A stretch of 63,767 nt of DNA, counting the filler, from Folioceros fuciformis (Eukaryota), in NCBI GenBank assembly GCA_049999805.1. It is 6 parts of 6 records of this genome, joined end to end, with 100 filler letters (N's around TTAATTAATTAA, not from the genome) between each part and the next. Parts side by side here need not be neighbours in the genome. Positions count along the whole stretch, not along the records: positions 1 to 15,030 come from JBNGIO010001630.1; 5 more parts are not named here. One strand, written 5' to 3'. Positions 1-13,048 of this stretch are shown in pieces (positions within the stretch are counted from its first letter, which is position 1; each line of letters starts with the position of its first letter). The notes under the pieces are model-generated. The model was not told the origin of the DNA. It did no database searches and saw only the letters and a list, made by a program, of their open reading frames with translations. The translations under genes were made by a program, and so were the position numbers.

Positions 1-552
1 GTGCTGTGGATTGGAGATATCCAGCGTCTCCAGCGCAGGGAAGGCCTCCGCCACCAGGGCCAGATCTGCGTCGTCCCACGCCTGGAAGCGGGAGCAATTG
101 AGGTGGCTGATGCGAGGGCATCGCCGGCCTAGCGCGAGGATAGCGTCCGCCGGCAGGTGCTGCTGACCCTGCAGATTGAGCGACCGGAGCGGAAGCCCTG
201 CCTGGGCAATCGCCTCCAGCGGCCGCGCCAGGGAGCCGTGGTACCGGGACAGATCCACCTCCGTCACTCCGGTGAAGCGCGCCAGGATGCGTGGCAAGCC
301 CCCTGGAAGCCCCGCGCACGCAGAGCTCAGCGCAATGAAGGGCCGGCTCCGGTTCGAGATGTAGAGGAAGCGCCTGCACGTCATCGACACTGCCTGCCAA
401 CACGAGCTCGACTGCCCCAGGTGCTGGAACACCAACTCCCAGCATTCGTCTGGTAGGTCAAATTCCAACTTCTCTTGCATCGCCGTCAAGTCTCCTCCTC
501 CTACTGCTGCTGCTGCTCCTGCGACCATGGTGTCCACCGCCTTATCCGCCAT
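1..552 (-). CDS. F-box/LRR-repeat protein, 5' part (runs off left window edge)
   Basis: Manual minus-strand translation from ATG 552 (alternative 528): MADKAVDTMVAGAAAAVGGGDLTAMQEKLEFDLPDECWELVFQHLGQSSSCWQAVSMTCRRF (F-box motif LPDE.W..VF..L...V...C.RF), followed by LRR-like LRSLNLQG, ISHLNCSRF, LETLDIS. Missing from the ORF track because no stop lies within the window. Confidence 0.8.
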   Translation of the reverse strand, partial: MADKAVDTMVAGAAAAVGGGDLTAMQEKLEFDLPDECWELVFQHLGQSSSCWQAVSMTCRRFLYISNRSRPFIALSSACAGLPGGLPRILARFTGVTEVDLSRYHGSLARPLEAIAQAGLPLRSLNLQGQQHLPADAILALGRRCPRISHLNCSRFQAWDDADLALVAEAFPALETLDISNPQH

Positions 553-3311
553 CAACGCTTCCCGCAGGCAATCCTTCTTCTCCTTCTTCCTCTGGTTCAC
601 AGATCACCTCTTTCCTCCGCTTCTCCCCCTCTTCTTCTCGAGAGATCGCTGTCCACAGCCCCTCCTTCTCCTCCTCTTCCTCCTCTTTCTTCCGCTTCTC
701 AGAATAATGTTTTCCTCTGCTCCTTCTCCAGTCTTTTCTCTCGCTCTCAAATCAAAGGAAAACTAGATCCCGGTGCGCCAAGGTTTGCCGCGCACAATGC
801 GCGGGAAGCATTACGCTTGGAAGGTACAACAGCTCCCACGGTAAGTCCGCCGCTTTCTCCGCTGACATTCGATCCACGGCCAAACGGGAGTGAAGGGAAG
901 CGAAGCGAAGGGAAGGATGCCCTTGGGGGGCCTCCTACTGCTACAAGAAGATGCGGCTGAAGGTGGGATGGAGAAAAAGTGGAGTGGGGAAGGAGAGATC
1001 AAAGGGCTCGTCTTCCTCGCCGTCCTCAGAGAAGAGACAACAAAAGCACACGGTGGCCCCTGAGCAGCGCACTCCCTTCATCACCCCGCACCCGCGTACA
1101 GGTTGAACCGCACCGTACCCGACCGACACGCGCACCCTCGCGGCAAGTGTATCTCCTTCCTTCCTTCCTTCTCCTTCCCTCCTTCCGCTACCAGTCTTTC
1201 GCCTAATTTCCCAAATCCGATTTCGGGTCCTCCTTCCTTCCGCCGTCCCTCTCTTCCACTTGCGTCGCAGGACTTTGGTGAAGCAACGGCCCACGTAGCA
1301 ATCGTCCAATGAGGAAGGATAGGCGGAAACGGGAGGCGGAGGTAAAAGGAGGCGAGGCAGGGGAAGGGCAGAGCAGGGCAGGCGGGAGGAGAGCTGTCCT
1401 CAAAGTATCTCCTCTAGCCTCCAGATCCAGCCATATAAGAGCGGCGATGTGGCGCCCACAGAGGCCGCGAGCAAGAGAGAGGGAGCGAGAAGAACATACA
1501 AGACAACTGTCCAGTACAATACGCACCGAGATGGCTCCTGCTCCTCCCAATTTTGGATGGTATGTAATGCGAAAACAACGGGGTGCCACACGTCCCGCCT
1601 CCTGCAGTAACGTCACAGGAGCGGCTGGTCCCAGCTCCACCTGCCGGTATCACACTCGAGCCCCGACATCGGAAACGCAGGCAGGGTCAGGGCGGGTCTG
1701 TCAGGTCGGGTCAGGTCAGGTCAGTTCAGGTCACAGGTGGACCAGGCTGGTGCAGGCTGCAGAGTGTGGAGTCTGCTGCACCAGTCCGGTCCCCGATTCT
1801 GCTGGCCCAGATGTGAGATGCGCGGAAAGGCAACAGAGACGGACCGCGACTGCAACCGCGGCCTGTGGGCTGATGAGCTCTGATGATGGTGTGGAAACAG
1901 GTTATTTGCGATGGGCTACGGCCGCTGCTGCCACCTGCAGGCAAGCAGCAAAAGCAGCTCTGGAACGGCGTCGTTCGCCAGTCGCAAGCGGATAACCATG
2001 GGGACACCCGCAAGTGGGCACACTGGGCACGGAGGAAGAGAAAGGAAAAGGATGCTCCAACCTGCACAAGGTGGCCCAGCCCCTCCAAACGCCTACTTCA
2101 GTCCTGTCCTGCCCACTGCGAGTATGTACTGTACCTACATACATACATCCGTAGTAGCAATGGCAGCTATAGCTGTGGGCGGCTGTGTAGCGGGGCAGCG
2201 CAGACGGGGTAACGTTGCCCCTTCCGGCGCTGCCATACCAGGAGGAGGAGGAGGAATAACTTGTCCACTTTCGAACTCGGACTCGGGATGTGTACTGTAC
2301 ATGGAATACGGCGTGTGGGTGAACTATTTCTTCTAGTAGGTACTCACTCACCAACTGGGCATTGGGGCCATTGGTGTATGATGGAGCGGTTGCAGCCTTG
2401 CAGGTGAGGACAAGACTTCCCAACCAGGGCCAGGGCCTGGGCCTGGCAACATACATTACATACGCAGGCAGGGGTGAGGGGGGACACTGCTGTGCTCTCT
2501 GGAAGGCGCTGGTCCCTATCCAAAATGCTAACAGATGGCAGGCAGTGCAGCATGATGTAGCAAGTGAAGAAGAAATTTGTTGGCTTGTCTTGTTTGTTCC
2601 GCAAAACATAGCCACATACATGCAATGCGTCCTCGACCTTGGGGTCCGTCCATCCCCCGCACGACAGGTATGTATTCCAGAGTTGCATTCCTTTCCGTCC
2701 AATAGAAAGAAGGTGTTTAGAACCGAGGAGCTTTTTGCCGGGCCAATGGCGTGCTGCCAAGTAGCGCGCAGTACACCAATCTCCGAGTTGAGCGTCCAGC
2801 TCAGGCACCGAAGCTGAGCAGAAGCCGATGCCACCCAACCATTGGGCCCAAAACAAAAATGTCAAAGACGGGGGGCAGCAGCGAGCAGGGAAGAGCAAGG
2901 CGGTGAGAGGAAAGTGAGCTGTTGAAGGCAAGGCAAGGCGGGGCGGAGCGGAGAAGGAGGGAGGGACCGGGGACGGTGGTGAGGCAAGCAAGTTGCAAGA
3001 AGGAAGGAATCACGTTGATATCATGCGGACCTGCCAATGAGATGGGCGGAAAGGTGCGCGAGTAAGTATCAGAAATCACAAATGCTGGTGCTGGCTGTTC
3101 GGAATTAGGGCGGGGCGCCGCGGCTGTGGCCTGAAACACGGGGTGGGCCAGCAATGGGACCAGATTCCGACGCAGGGACTGTACGGATATGATGCTGTTT
3201 GGTGCCATGACTGGCGTTCGGGGTTGGGGTATGGGTATGGGTATGGGGTATCATCATCCTCTCATTCCGCCTCTTTCTGCTTCCCATTCCTCTCTTCCCC
3301 ATTGCTTGGAT

Positions 3312-3358
3312 GACTGGACTGGACTGGACTGGACTGGACTGGACTGGACTGGACTGGA
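3312..3358. repeat. (GACTG)n pentanucleotide microsatellite, ~9 copies
   Basis: Directly visible tandem gactg/ggact units. Confidence 0.95.
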
Positions 3359-5552
3359 AGGAATTTGTTTCTGAGCTAACTGTTTGTACAGCACCCCAAA
3401 ATTAGAATAGAATAAAATACATACATACATGTATAGTACAGTATGCGGTGGGGACGGTGAGAGAAAACCTGTACGCCAAGTCAGTCCAGTGCCAGTTAAG
3501 AGTAGACACAGTAGTGGCAGGTTTTGATTGTGGGCTGCGTGTGCTGTACTGTCGTCCGTCCAGCTTCCAGCTGGTGGCCCTCGTGACCAACGATTGTCTC
3601 CATGCCTGTAGCATGGGGTGTGATGAGTTACGTGCGACGACCACAGTCGTCGACGCTGACGCCTGTTGCTTCTCCGCCTCTGTCTCTGTCTCTGGTAACT
3701 GTCCCGGCCCGGCCGGTCACCAGGTGACCGGACACCCCACTCATACATGTACTCTACGCTCAGCTCTACGCGCCTTTTTCCTTTTTCTACACGTTGGCGC
3801 CGCGTTCACGGGAAACGGTCCTAGCAGGCCACCTCCCACACAGACTTTGGCCCCGCCCCACTTCCACCAGATTCCCTACCGCCCACAAAAATCGGACCCG
3901 ACCTGACCCGACCCGACACCATCTTCGTTCTTCCCGCTTGCCTATCCTCCCAGGGCCATCCTTACCTACGCTGCTGCTGCTGCTGCTACTACTACTACGA
4001 CTAGAACTACTCCACACGCACAGCCGCGACGCTTGTTGTGTGCTGGAAGAAGGAGGAATCACCGTGTTGTCTGTCTCGCCTCCCGTTGGTCGATGCTTGC
4101 CGCGTGAAATGGACCGGCCATCTTCAGGGAGGGTTCACATCTTTGGTCACGGCCCCGGGGCTACCATCCTGGCTCACCCAAAGAGAGCAACAACCCAATG
4201 CATGAATCCGTCACACGGGTTAGTGCTTTCCTAGCTGTTGCTCTTCTGAACCGCCCATGCAAAGGTTGGTTGATCAATGTGAGCAGCCTCCGCAAGAACG
4301 GCTGCGAGTGATGGGCCTTGCCCCTTGCCTTGGAGATGCCACCACCCTCGCTTCAGGTCAGGTCAGGTTAGGTCCGGGTGCGTGGCCAGGAGATCACATA
4401 TCATCAGATTGTGTGTCCATGCGGAGATGGTTGTGGGTCCTAGGGACTCCCAAGATATTTTGTTCCTCGGTTGTGCTCCTAGTCACGACAGCAGATATTT
4501 TTCTAGATTAGGAGGGAGGACATGAACCTCAAACGCATCAGCGTAGTGCTGCTCGAAACGCACTCAAGCTTGAATGCATGGACACACACACAAAGAAGAA
4601 GACGAAGAGGACGTGTGATGGAGACATTTGGAAGCTGGGTTTGGCTGGGCTGGGCTGGGCGGGGTGGGGTTGGGATAAGCTCGGATACTGGCCTACTAGC
4701 CCAGGCTAGACCAGGCGGATCTGGTGAATATTCACCGCAACACACACAGGAAGTAGGAAGGGGTGCGCCATGGGCGTCATAAAGGTTGATGACAGGACAG
4801 GATGCCCTGCCCTGCAACGCCATGGAATGTAATAATAATAAGCCAGGAAGGAGCAAGAGGAAGGCTCCTTGCACACGAAAGGCAGGACACGCAGTCTGTG
4901 GTCCCGCATCCCGCATCGCTCTGTGCGCTGTGCGCTGTGCGCTGTGCCTCAATCAAATCTGCTGGCACGCTCTTGTCTTTGACTTCACATGCTTGTGGGT
5001 GGCCCTCGGCCGGAACCGACCCACCCACAGCGCCGCTCCATGTGAAGCTGTCATGAGCCGGGCCATTTCTGCATGTGAGTCCCTCGCCTCTCCAGCCTGG
5101 CTCCTTCTTCCCTCCTCAACTGAAGCTTCCCGAACTCTCAACCAGCCGGACTGCTCTACGGCCTACGGCTCGGCGCCTATGTATGTACCTCACGAGTCGC
5201 CATGCGACGTATGCACGAGTGTGAGTCTGTGTTGCGTATGTATGTATGTATCCATGCATGCATGCATGCATGTACATGCGTACATCCACCGGACCGGGCG
5301 CTGTGCTTTTGGCGGGAACCCCCGATTTCTTCGGTTTCGAACCCCGCCCCCTTACCTCTGCCGTGCGGCGAAGCGCTCCAGCTCGACATCGCGCTCCAGG
5401 GCCCGGGATGATGATGCGAGCGGGCTGGAGGAGGAATTGCCGTGCGCCCATCCATTTGGTGTCGGAACGAGAAGCTGGGCGTTTCCTCGCTCATTGCCTC
5501 TCCGCCTTTGTCACACTCTCGTGCATGCAGTGAGCGGGGGAAGAGCGCGGTG

Positions 5553-8500
5553 ATGGAGCTGCAAGGGGACGCTTCTCGGAAGCGGCGGGCTTCCGGCATC
5601 TCGCCGCTGGCCAGCCGGAGGCGTGTGGCGCGCCATGACGAGGCCCTTGACTTCTTTGTGCCCGTGCTGGCCGACGCAGGCTGCGTCGTGCTAGGTCCGG
5701 ACGGCCCCCTGCTCGTGTGTCGGGACACTCACCAAGTGCAGCATCACTTGGAGCAGCAGTTCAAGAGCAACCCTGGGACTCTTGCGGACAAGTTCCTCGC
5801 GGGCCTCCAGTCGCACATTTCGGATGATGACAATTTGCGCAGGTTTGGAGCAATGCTAGCCCCTCTGGCTGGATCTGCCTGCGTTCATGTGTAATGCTGT
5901 CGGTTATGCGTGACAAGAGTTGCACCGTGGCTAACTCGCAAGATTTAGAGCAGGATTCTCCTCCCTATTTCAGGTTCCAGCAAAGGCAACGTAGGCACGT
6001 GTGACAGCCTTGCTCGGGTGTTGCTCTCCGTCGGGCCGTTACAGACTGGCGTTGCAAATATGCTGCTGGAGAAGCTTCCGGAGCACGTGGGAGGTGTGGA
6101 GGCTCGGTCCTCAGGGCTCCTCCCCCCCGTCATGGAAAGCACTGCCAGGCTCATCCTCAGCCAATTCCGATGGCTGGACCAGCTGGTGGATAGTACTAGT
6201 CTTACGCACAAGCTTGTGGAGGTAGTTTCTATATGTCCTACTGGGCTGAAGAAGGAAATCATCACGTTTCTTCCAGAAATCGTGCTCGATCGGGACCACC
6301 AGATGCTCATGGAGTCCCTGCAACGCCTGCTGGAGGATGACTCTCAGTTGATCACCGCGGTTATGGAGGCTTGCTCTAACCTGAACCTCAGTGAGGACCT
6401 TCAAGAACAGGTTAGCACGATCAAGTCTGCCCTTCTTCTACATTGCCCAGTTGCATAGCACGATCCGAAACAATGCTTTCGCTGAACTTGGTTTTGTCGT
6501 TTGGCAGGTCATTGCGTTAGGTCTAGCCAGCCTCAGGTCATCGGATGTGGAAGACCTGCCAATTCTTGTGCGATTTCTGTTGCAATCCGGCTCTGGGGTG
6601 CATGTGAAGCGAGTGGTTCAACAGCTTCGAAACAACTTGCATTTTGTTACAGTATCAGACGTGCGAGCGCCAAAGCCTGACAGGAAGCAGAAAGGGAAAT
6701 CTGTCACAGCTGACTCTGAGGCGCTCGTTCTTGACGCCATCCGGACAGGACTTCGTTTTCAAAGTGTAACTTGCCTACACCATGTCCCCTATTGGATCCT
6801 TCTTGGTATGGCCCGCCCGTGGGCCTCATGTCACATGATTGGCAGGTGATCTGTGAAGCTTTCCTGAAAGAAATCAAAGGCATATGTGGTGATCAAAATC
6901 ACAAGGTCGTCGACCTATGGATACTCCTCATTGTGCACGCTAATGGCGGTGTGCATCGGAAAGCTGTGGAGCAGCTGTTGGTGAAAAAGGTCAACAACAA
7001 TGAGGTGGCCCATACTTTGCTACGCCAATGCATTCAAGGACGAGCACCTTCAGTAAGGGTATGCTAAAGTTACTACCATCGCCTGTAGACTCAATCACTG
7101 GCAGTACTACCTGACCCTGAGCATTTGGGGGAGTCCTGGCTGGCTTCACATGATGGCTGCTGCAGGACTATTTCCGGACGATACTGGCCATCTGCGAGGT
7201 TTTCGTGAGAGGCCCAGAGGACACATCCAGGCTGTTTGGTGTCCAAAGCTATGTTTTGCTGTTTGAAGAGTTCGCCGATGCCTATCATCGGCAGGAGGTG
7301 AGTCCTATGTTGGTGCCCGCTTACGAAGCAACAGCAGTCTGGTGATCATCCAAGGCATATATTTGCGTGGGATATTAGATTTTCCACCTACTCCCTTTTT
7401 ATACCGCCTGTTGTTTCTATGTCGCCAAGGTTCTCGGATCTCTTATAACACACACTGGATCAGGCGTTGAACATGAAGTAGGTGCTGCACTGGATGCCCT
7501 CGTGTTGCTGGCAACCAAGTATCCAAGAGAGCTGCTTCCTATATCTTCTTTCATTAATGGTGAGCTCCATCGTTCAACATATTGTTGCTCAGAGCCCGCT
7601 CCCCACCCCCTCCCCGTCTCCCCTGTCTCTCGTTATGAAGAGAGTCGTGTGTCTACCCTGAATTGAGTCCGTTCCTAATAATCGTGGTGCAGGGATTCTT
7701 GATTATCTGGAATGTTTCAAAGACGCTCACCTTCATCAGGTATTCATCGCCGCTCGTTACGTCACACGACTTCGTGCGTCCCTTCACATTTGCAGGACCC
7801 TCAAAGTTCTGTAACTCGCAGGTGTATCAAATATTCAGCAGGCTAGCTGTCACTGCATGGTCTCCTGGATGCTCATCAAGCGGCTCGTCTATTGCGGATG
7901 AGCTTCTCATCATAATAAGAAAACAGGTCTGTGTCCATCTCTGCTAATCGTTGTCCATGGATTTCGCACCCTGCTCCGAATTGACCCATGTCGACCATGT
8001 GATTATCTTCATCACAATGCACAGATCACAAACCCTGAACCAAGGTATCAGAGAATGGGGGTGATTGGTGCTGTCGGACTGGTTGCTTCTCTGGGCCAGC
8101 CACTGTCACGCGGAGGTCCGTTTTTTCATGATGACGAAATCCCAGTTAGGTTCTCTCTAGCTTCCTTCGTGTCTTCTGGTTTCTTGGTACAGGTTCGGTG
8201 TCAATTTGCTGCCGTGTTAGCCGAGCCCCTGCGCACTGAACGCCGTCCACTGCCCTCTCTGGGCCGGCACAAGAATAGTGGTAGAATCGCGCACTGCAGT
8301 CGTATAATTTCAGTCGCTTTCACTCTCTCTGGCAGCCAGCAACTGTCGAGGAAGCAATCTCCATCCTCCATATGACACTAGAGACGTGCAAATCATCATC
8401 ACTACTGCGTAGTTTCTTGTATGATGAACTGTCTGTCCAGGTAGAAAAAGGAGTGCTTCATATGGGCATCATAGAATGGTATGTATGCCAATCCTTGTAT

Positions 8501-11500
8501 TGATGACTTGCATTGTGTGCACTAGTTTACCTATGCTCTCCGTCGTTTGCTTTTTGATCATCTCATAATGCGGTCGGCCTCAGCAGCAGCGTCACTGTTG
8601 TTTCGTTGTCTGACACTGCTTTCCAGGGTATCAAAGCACACAACTGAGTTTGAAACTCTGTTTCTGGGAGATGTGGATGGAGGTCTGATTCAAGGAATCT
8701 ACCCTGAGTGTGGATCACTTGCAGGTTGGTGTTTTAGGGATATTGTAGATATACCTGAAACTACTACTTCATCTACCACATTTTTGCCCCATTCAGCTGC
8801 ATTGTTGTTGATGTTCATTTTCGTGCAGGGGAGACCTGGATGAACCTGGATGGTGATGCATCACCTATAATTGTGAACTTCCTACCCCTTCTAGCATCCG
8901 ATGACCGAAGGTGAATGCTTGATGTCTCAGCGTTAGTGCAGACTTTCTCGCAGTAGATGCCACGACGCGTGCCTGGAACCGACTGTTAGACCGTGTTTCC
9001 ATACTTAGCAGGCCTTCACATGTCAGCAGCACACAGCCTTTGCTCTTCTTGTGTTCCAACTTCTGCCTGCTGGCATCGGTGAGAGCCTCTCGTGAAGTGA
9101 GTTTCATATCTCGTAGTAAACCAATATCCACTTAAAAAAACCTTTCTGCTGCCATTTCAGGTGGAGAGCTTCACCCATCGGGGCTCGTTAGGAAGCATTG
9201 ATGCTCTTCTGGGATGTCCGTTGCACTTACCAAACCAGGGGGCAAGTTCGCTTTCCTAGACCCGTTCCCTCGAGTGTGACACTGTATGCTTTAAGGACCG
9301 TTATTTTCTCGGTTACTATCCCGTGACAATCTCACCTGTTGCTGGATTCAGCTTCTCGGAGGCGAAGGATGGAAGATGCTTTCCAGAAGACAAAAGGAGA
9401 TATCTTGCTTTGCACTGTACTTCGCAGTGAATTGGATCAAAGAACTTGTAAATGACTCCACATGCTTTCTTAAGTTTAAATCTATGCTGGAGATGTAGCA
9501 ATATATTTTCGTTGACCTGGCAGATGAATGTCTTTTCCTCTCAACTTGCTGGTCAAGCTGAGAGCGTGACTCCAGCAACTCGAAATGATATCCCGGCAAA
9601 ACTACATAAGCGGATAAGGAACGTCATGTAAGGTTCACTGTGAGAACTCTAATCATTTTCTGAAATGTATGGTGAATGTTCTTCTGCCTAATTTCCAGCT
9701 GCACAGATATCTCGAGCATTTACTTGACGAGTGTTTGAAGGCGGTTCCTTACCTCTCATTCCCGGAGCTACACTCTGTCAGTGAAAGTGCCGTCCCGAAT
9801 GACAGCAAAATGGTTCAGGCCAAGAATGGTTTTATGAAGCTTGACTCTACCAAAGCAGGAAAGAAAGGCGGACGGAAAACCAAAGCTGCTGGGGATGATA
9901 ATGTGACTCAAAACGGAAACTGTGGTAAGTCGCAAGGAAAAGGCAAGTCTAAGCAGCCAGATGAAGCAGCAGGCATGAGCTTACAAGAACAAGGTCATCA
10001 AACCAGTACACATGCTTCAGAGCCACAGCTTGCTTCAGCTCCTCACAAAGGGGAAGGAGGTGGTGGAGTTTACAGTGGCCTTTTGGAAGCGCAGGCGTGG
10101 AAGTTTCGGCCTTTGAACCTCTCAAGCATAGGGATACTATGCAGTTTCCAGGTAGGCTAATCTGGTCTGTAGGGCCTCTTCTAGTGTCATGTAACTTTCA
10201 CTGTCATCTTCCTGACTGTCCCTGCAACATGGTTTCCAGGACTCTGACAAGTCATGCTGCCACGATCCTGAGGCACAGGTGTGTAGATTGAACTTCACAC
10301 ATCAAAATGATGTCTACAAGCCATTCTGCACAAGCCTCTTATCAGCTTTCTTACACTATTGTGTCCTATTTTCAGCTTGCACTTGCCCTTTATCTTCTCC
10401 GAGATCTCGATCACAAGCTCGAAGTCTGCTTAGTGAGGCATGCTCGAAGGCAAGCTCCCTGGATCGCAACATGTACGCCCCGTAAAGGACCTTCTGGTTT
10501 GGGAAGCATGCTGGATGTACATCTGCTTGAGAAGTTGCAGCCGTTGTTTCCTCGCCTCAGGATACATCTGGACAATGCCGTTGGCCTTATCCTCTCAGGT
10601 GATCTGTGCAGCTCTATGAAAGGCATTTGATCCCATTGATCTCTTCTCCATGGCCCTTAATAACATGCTGTTGTAACTGGAGGCTGTGCAGAATCGAGTG
10701 GAATAGATGCTTGTGATCATTGGGTCACGGAGTCCGTAGCTGCAGGTAACCCTGAATGTGACAGCTTGAAACCAACAAATCCTGAGACAGCGCAGGCTGT
10801 ATTTATAATGACCCTTCGTTGCCTCAACAAGGTACAAAAATCAAGGACTGCCGTTTGCAGATCATGTGGGGGCAAGTCACCGGTGTCCTGACATTCGGCA
10901 TTGCTGCTGCAGATCTTAACCTACCCCAGGCTGGCCACAGTGGAAAATTGGACTGTGTTGAAAAGTTTGCTTCATGCCTTCAGCTCGGTTGAAGCTGCAA
11001 AGCAAATATTTGACGACATCATGATTCCACCTCCACCTCCTGATTGCCTCGAGTATCTTATGTGTTGCACAATTGCGTACCTGTATGAATTATGTGAATC
11101 AGGTCAGTTGGAACCTGCGACGCCCAAGCTGTCTGTTTGACTTTCATTTCAGCAGCTCATTGTTTGACTGATAAAATAATCACGTTCGTTGCAGCCTGCA
11201 AAACCTCATTTTCGATCGCCTCAGAATCAGTCTTGGTTCTGAAAGCCTTGGTAGATTGCGTGAAGGTGTGCCTTGAAGGTGGTGGTGAGAGTAGAAGGAG
11301 ACAATCCATCTCCGTGCGGATACCAGCACTCTTGCCCTACCTTCGAACAAAGCTGAGTGCCGCTGCTGGAGCAGTACTGAGGCAAGCGTGGGATGAAGAT
11401 GACCAAGGGAAGGGCTCGAAGACACGAGTGAGTGGTCTGGATTTGCTCACTTTGATCGAAGAGAGCTTGCGCAGTTCAGAACTCAATGTCAGTTTGATAT

Positions 11501-13048
11501 CCTCGCTTGATCAGGGGGATCTTCTTCCACAGTTGCTGCGAATATATTTTCAGAATAATGAGTATCCCCTTGATCTCTTGGAGGAAGTTGCTTGCAACGT
11601 GATGCCCCAGGTTACAACCGCATGCGTTGTCTTGGAAGAATCTCTTTGTTCCTTCAGAGCATATATGAAGAGTTCCTTGAAAGTTCCTGCAGGTGGCTAG
11701 CAAGGGAGGTCGAGCCGGACTTGCTGCGTATCCGTCCCTCTCTACTACAACGTTTGTAGTGTGGTATCGGGTGCAGGTTCTCTTCCAAGATGCACTTTAC
11801 AGTACATTTTTTTCATGAATTTGGATGCTTACACCCGCAGAATGAACCGTCGAGATTGAATGAGCCCTGGTGATCTGCCTCATTATGTGAGTCTCTGTTG
11901 ACAGCACGAGGAGGTTCTTGCGATTCTAGGAAAAGTGGTGAGCACATTGCCGAGTTTGACTGCTACACAATTCACAATTAATGGCGGCCGTCTACTTGAG
12001 AACTTTGATTGGGTTTGCAGGTGAAGGAAATCTTGACGAAAGCCAAGGAAAGGCCTTCGCTCACGAAAGAGATCATTCTGAAGCTGCTCAAGCGTGTCGA
12101 ACAATGCATCAAACTTCATGTCTCGCTGGTCAATTTAACGAAGCTACATAATAAGGTATACTGCTTTCTACGTGAAGTCAAGGCGAACCTTGCAAGGTTG
12201 ATGTGGTTTCTCAGGCGGGCTGCCTAAAACGTGTTCGATGGCCAGACACCTGTGCACACTGTCGCGGTCAAAAGTGGAGGGAAATTCGTTGACACCTTCC
12301 TGAAAGGTCAATTTTCACTAACCTAATTACGTTTTGGTTACGTGGATTACTTCATCTTGGTTAAGTTGTATTTCATCTGGTTTTGCAGTGATGGACTTTC
12401 TTCGGGCTCAGTATGAAGGCCATAAGGATGTTGTCAACGTTCTGGTAAGCTCAATGTCTGCTAAAAATCGTCTTAGCAGCTCTCCTGACCATGCCCACTT
12501 CTTTCTCAGGTGAAGGAGCTGCAAAAGGCTACTAGAATCATTCAAACGCTATGCTCTGAAGCCAAGGTTAGCGTTTGTCCTGTCCCCGGCATGCATTAAC
12601 TCTCCTCTGGGAGGAGAACCGAAAGAACTGAATATACCCTTGTTCGGGCATTGGTAGGGCCAAAAGAAGATGCCTGTTACATGCAAAGTGCCTTTTGTGA
12701 AACGATCAATGGAGCGGTATGTCTTCTGCGTGAAGGCTTTGCTGCACGGCACCTCTCACGGAGATTCATTCTGGATGGGTAACTTTTCATTTGGCTGTGC
12801 CAATTACCTTAACCTCAACGGCGCGATTTCCCAGTAGTTATGGATGACATGAATGCTCATTTCTTTCAACAGGTAATCTCAGACATAAGGACCTTCAAGG
12901 GCGCGAAGTCGGTTCTCAACTGACTACCAGCGACGACGACCCCGAGGACGACCAATTAGACATGGACGACGATGAGGAGGAGAACGGGGATAACGACGGA
13001 CATGATGGTGTTGTTTCAGAAGATGTATCGGACGAACCAACCTTCTGA
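5553..13048 (+). CDS. FANCD2: Fanconi anemia group D2 protein homolog (multi-exon)
   Basis: Exons encode SLARVLLSVGPLQ..MLLEKLPE, ARLILSQFRWLDQLV..KEIITFLPEI, IDALLGCPL, YFAVNWIKEL, LQKATRIIQTLCSEAK and the C-terminal FWMGNLRHKDLQG plus an acidic tail. Many ~100-bp GT-AG introns. ATG at 5553, TGA ends at 13048. Confidence 0.9.

Noticed and set aside
600-5500. Many 100-310 aa ORFs in the F-box/FANCD2 intergenic region
   Set aside because: Low-complexity, SSR-derived translations with no recognisable domain; expected by chance in GC-rich sequence.
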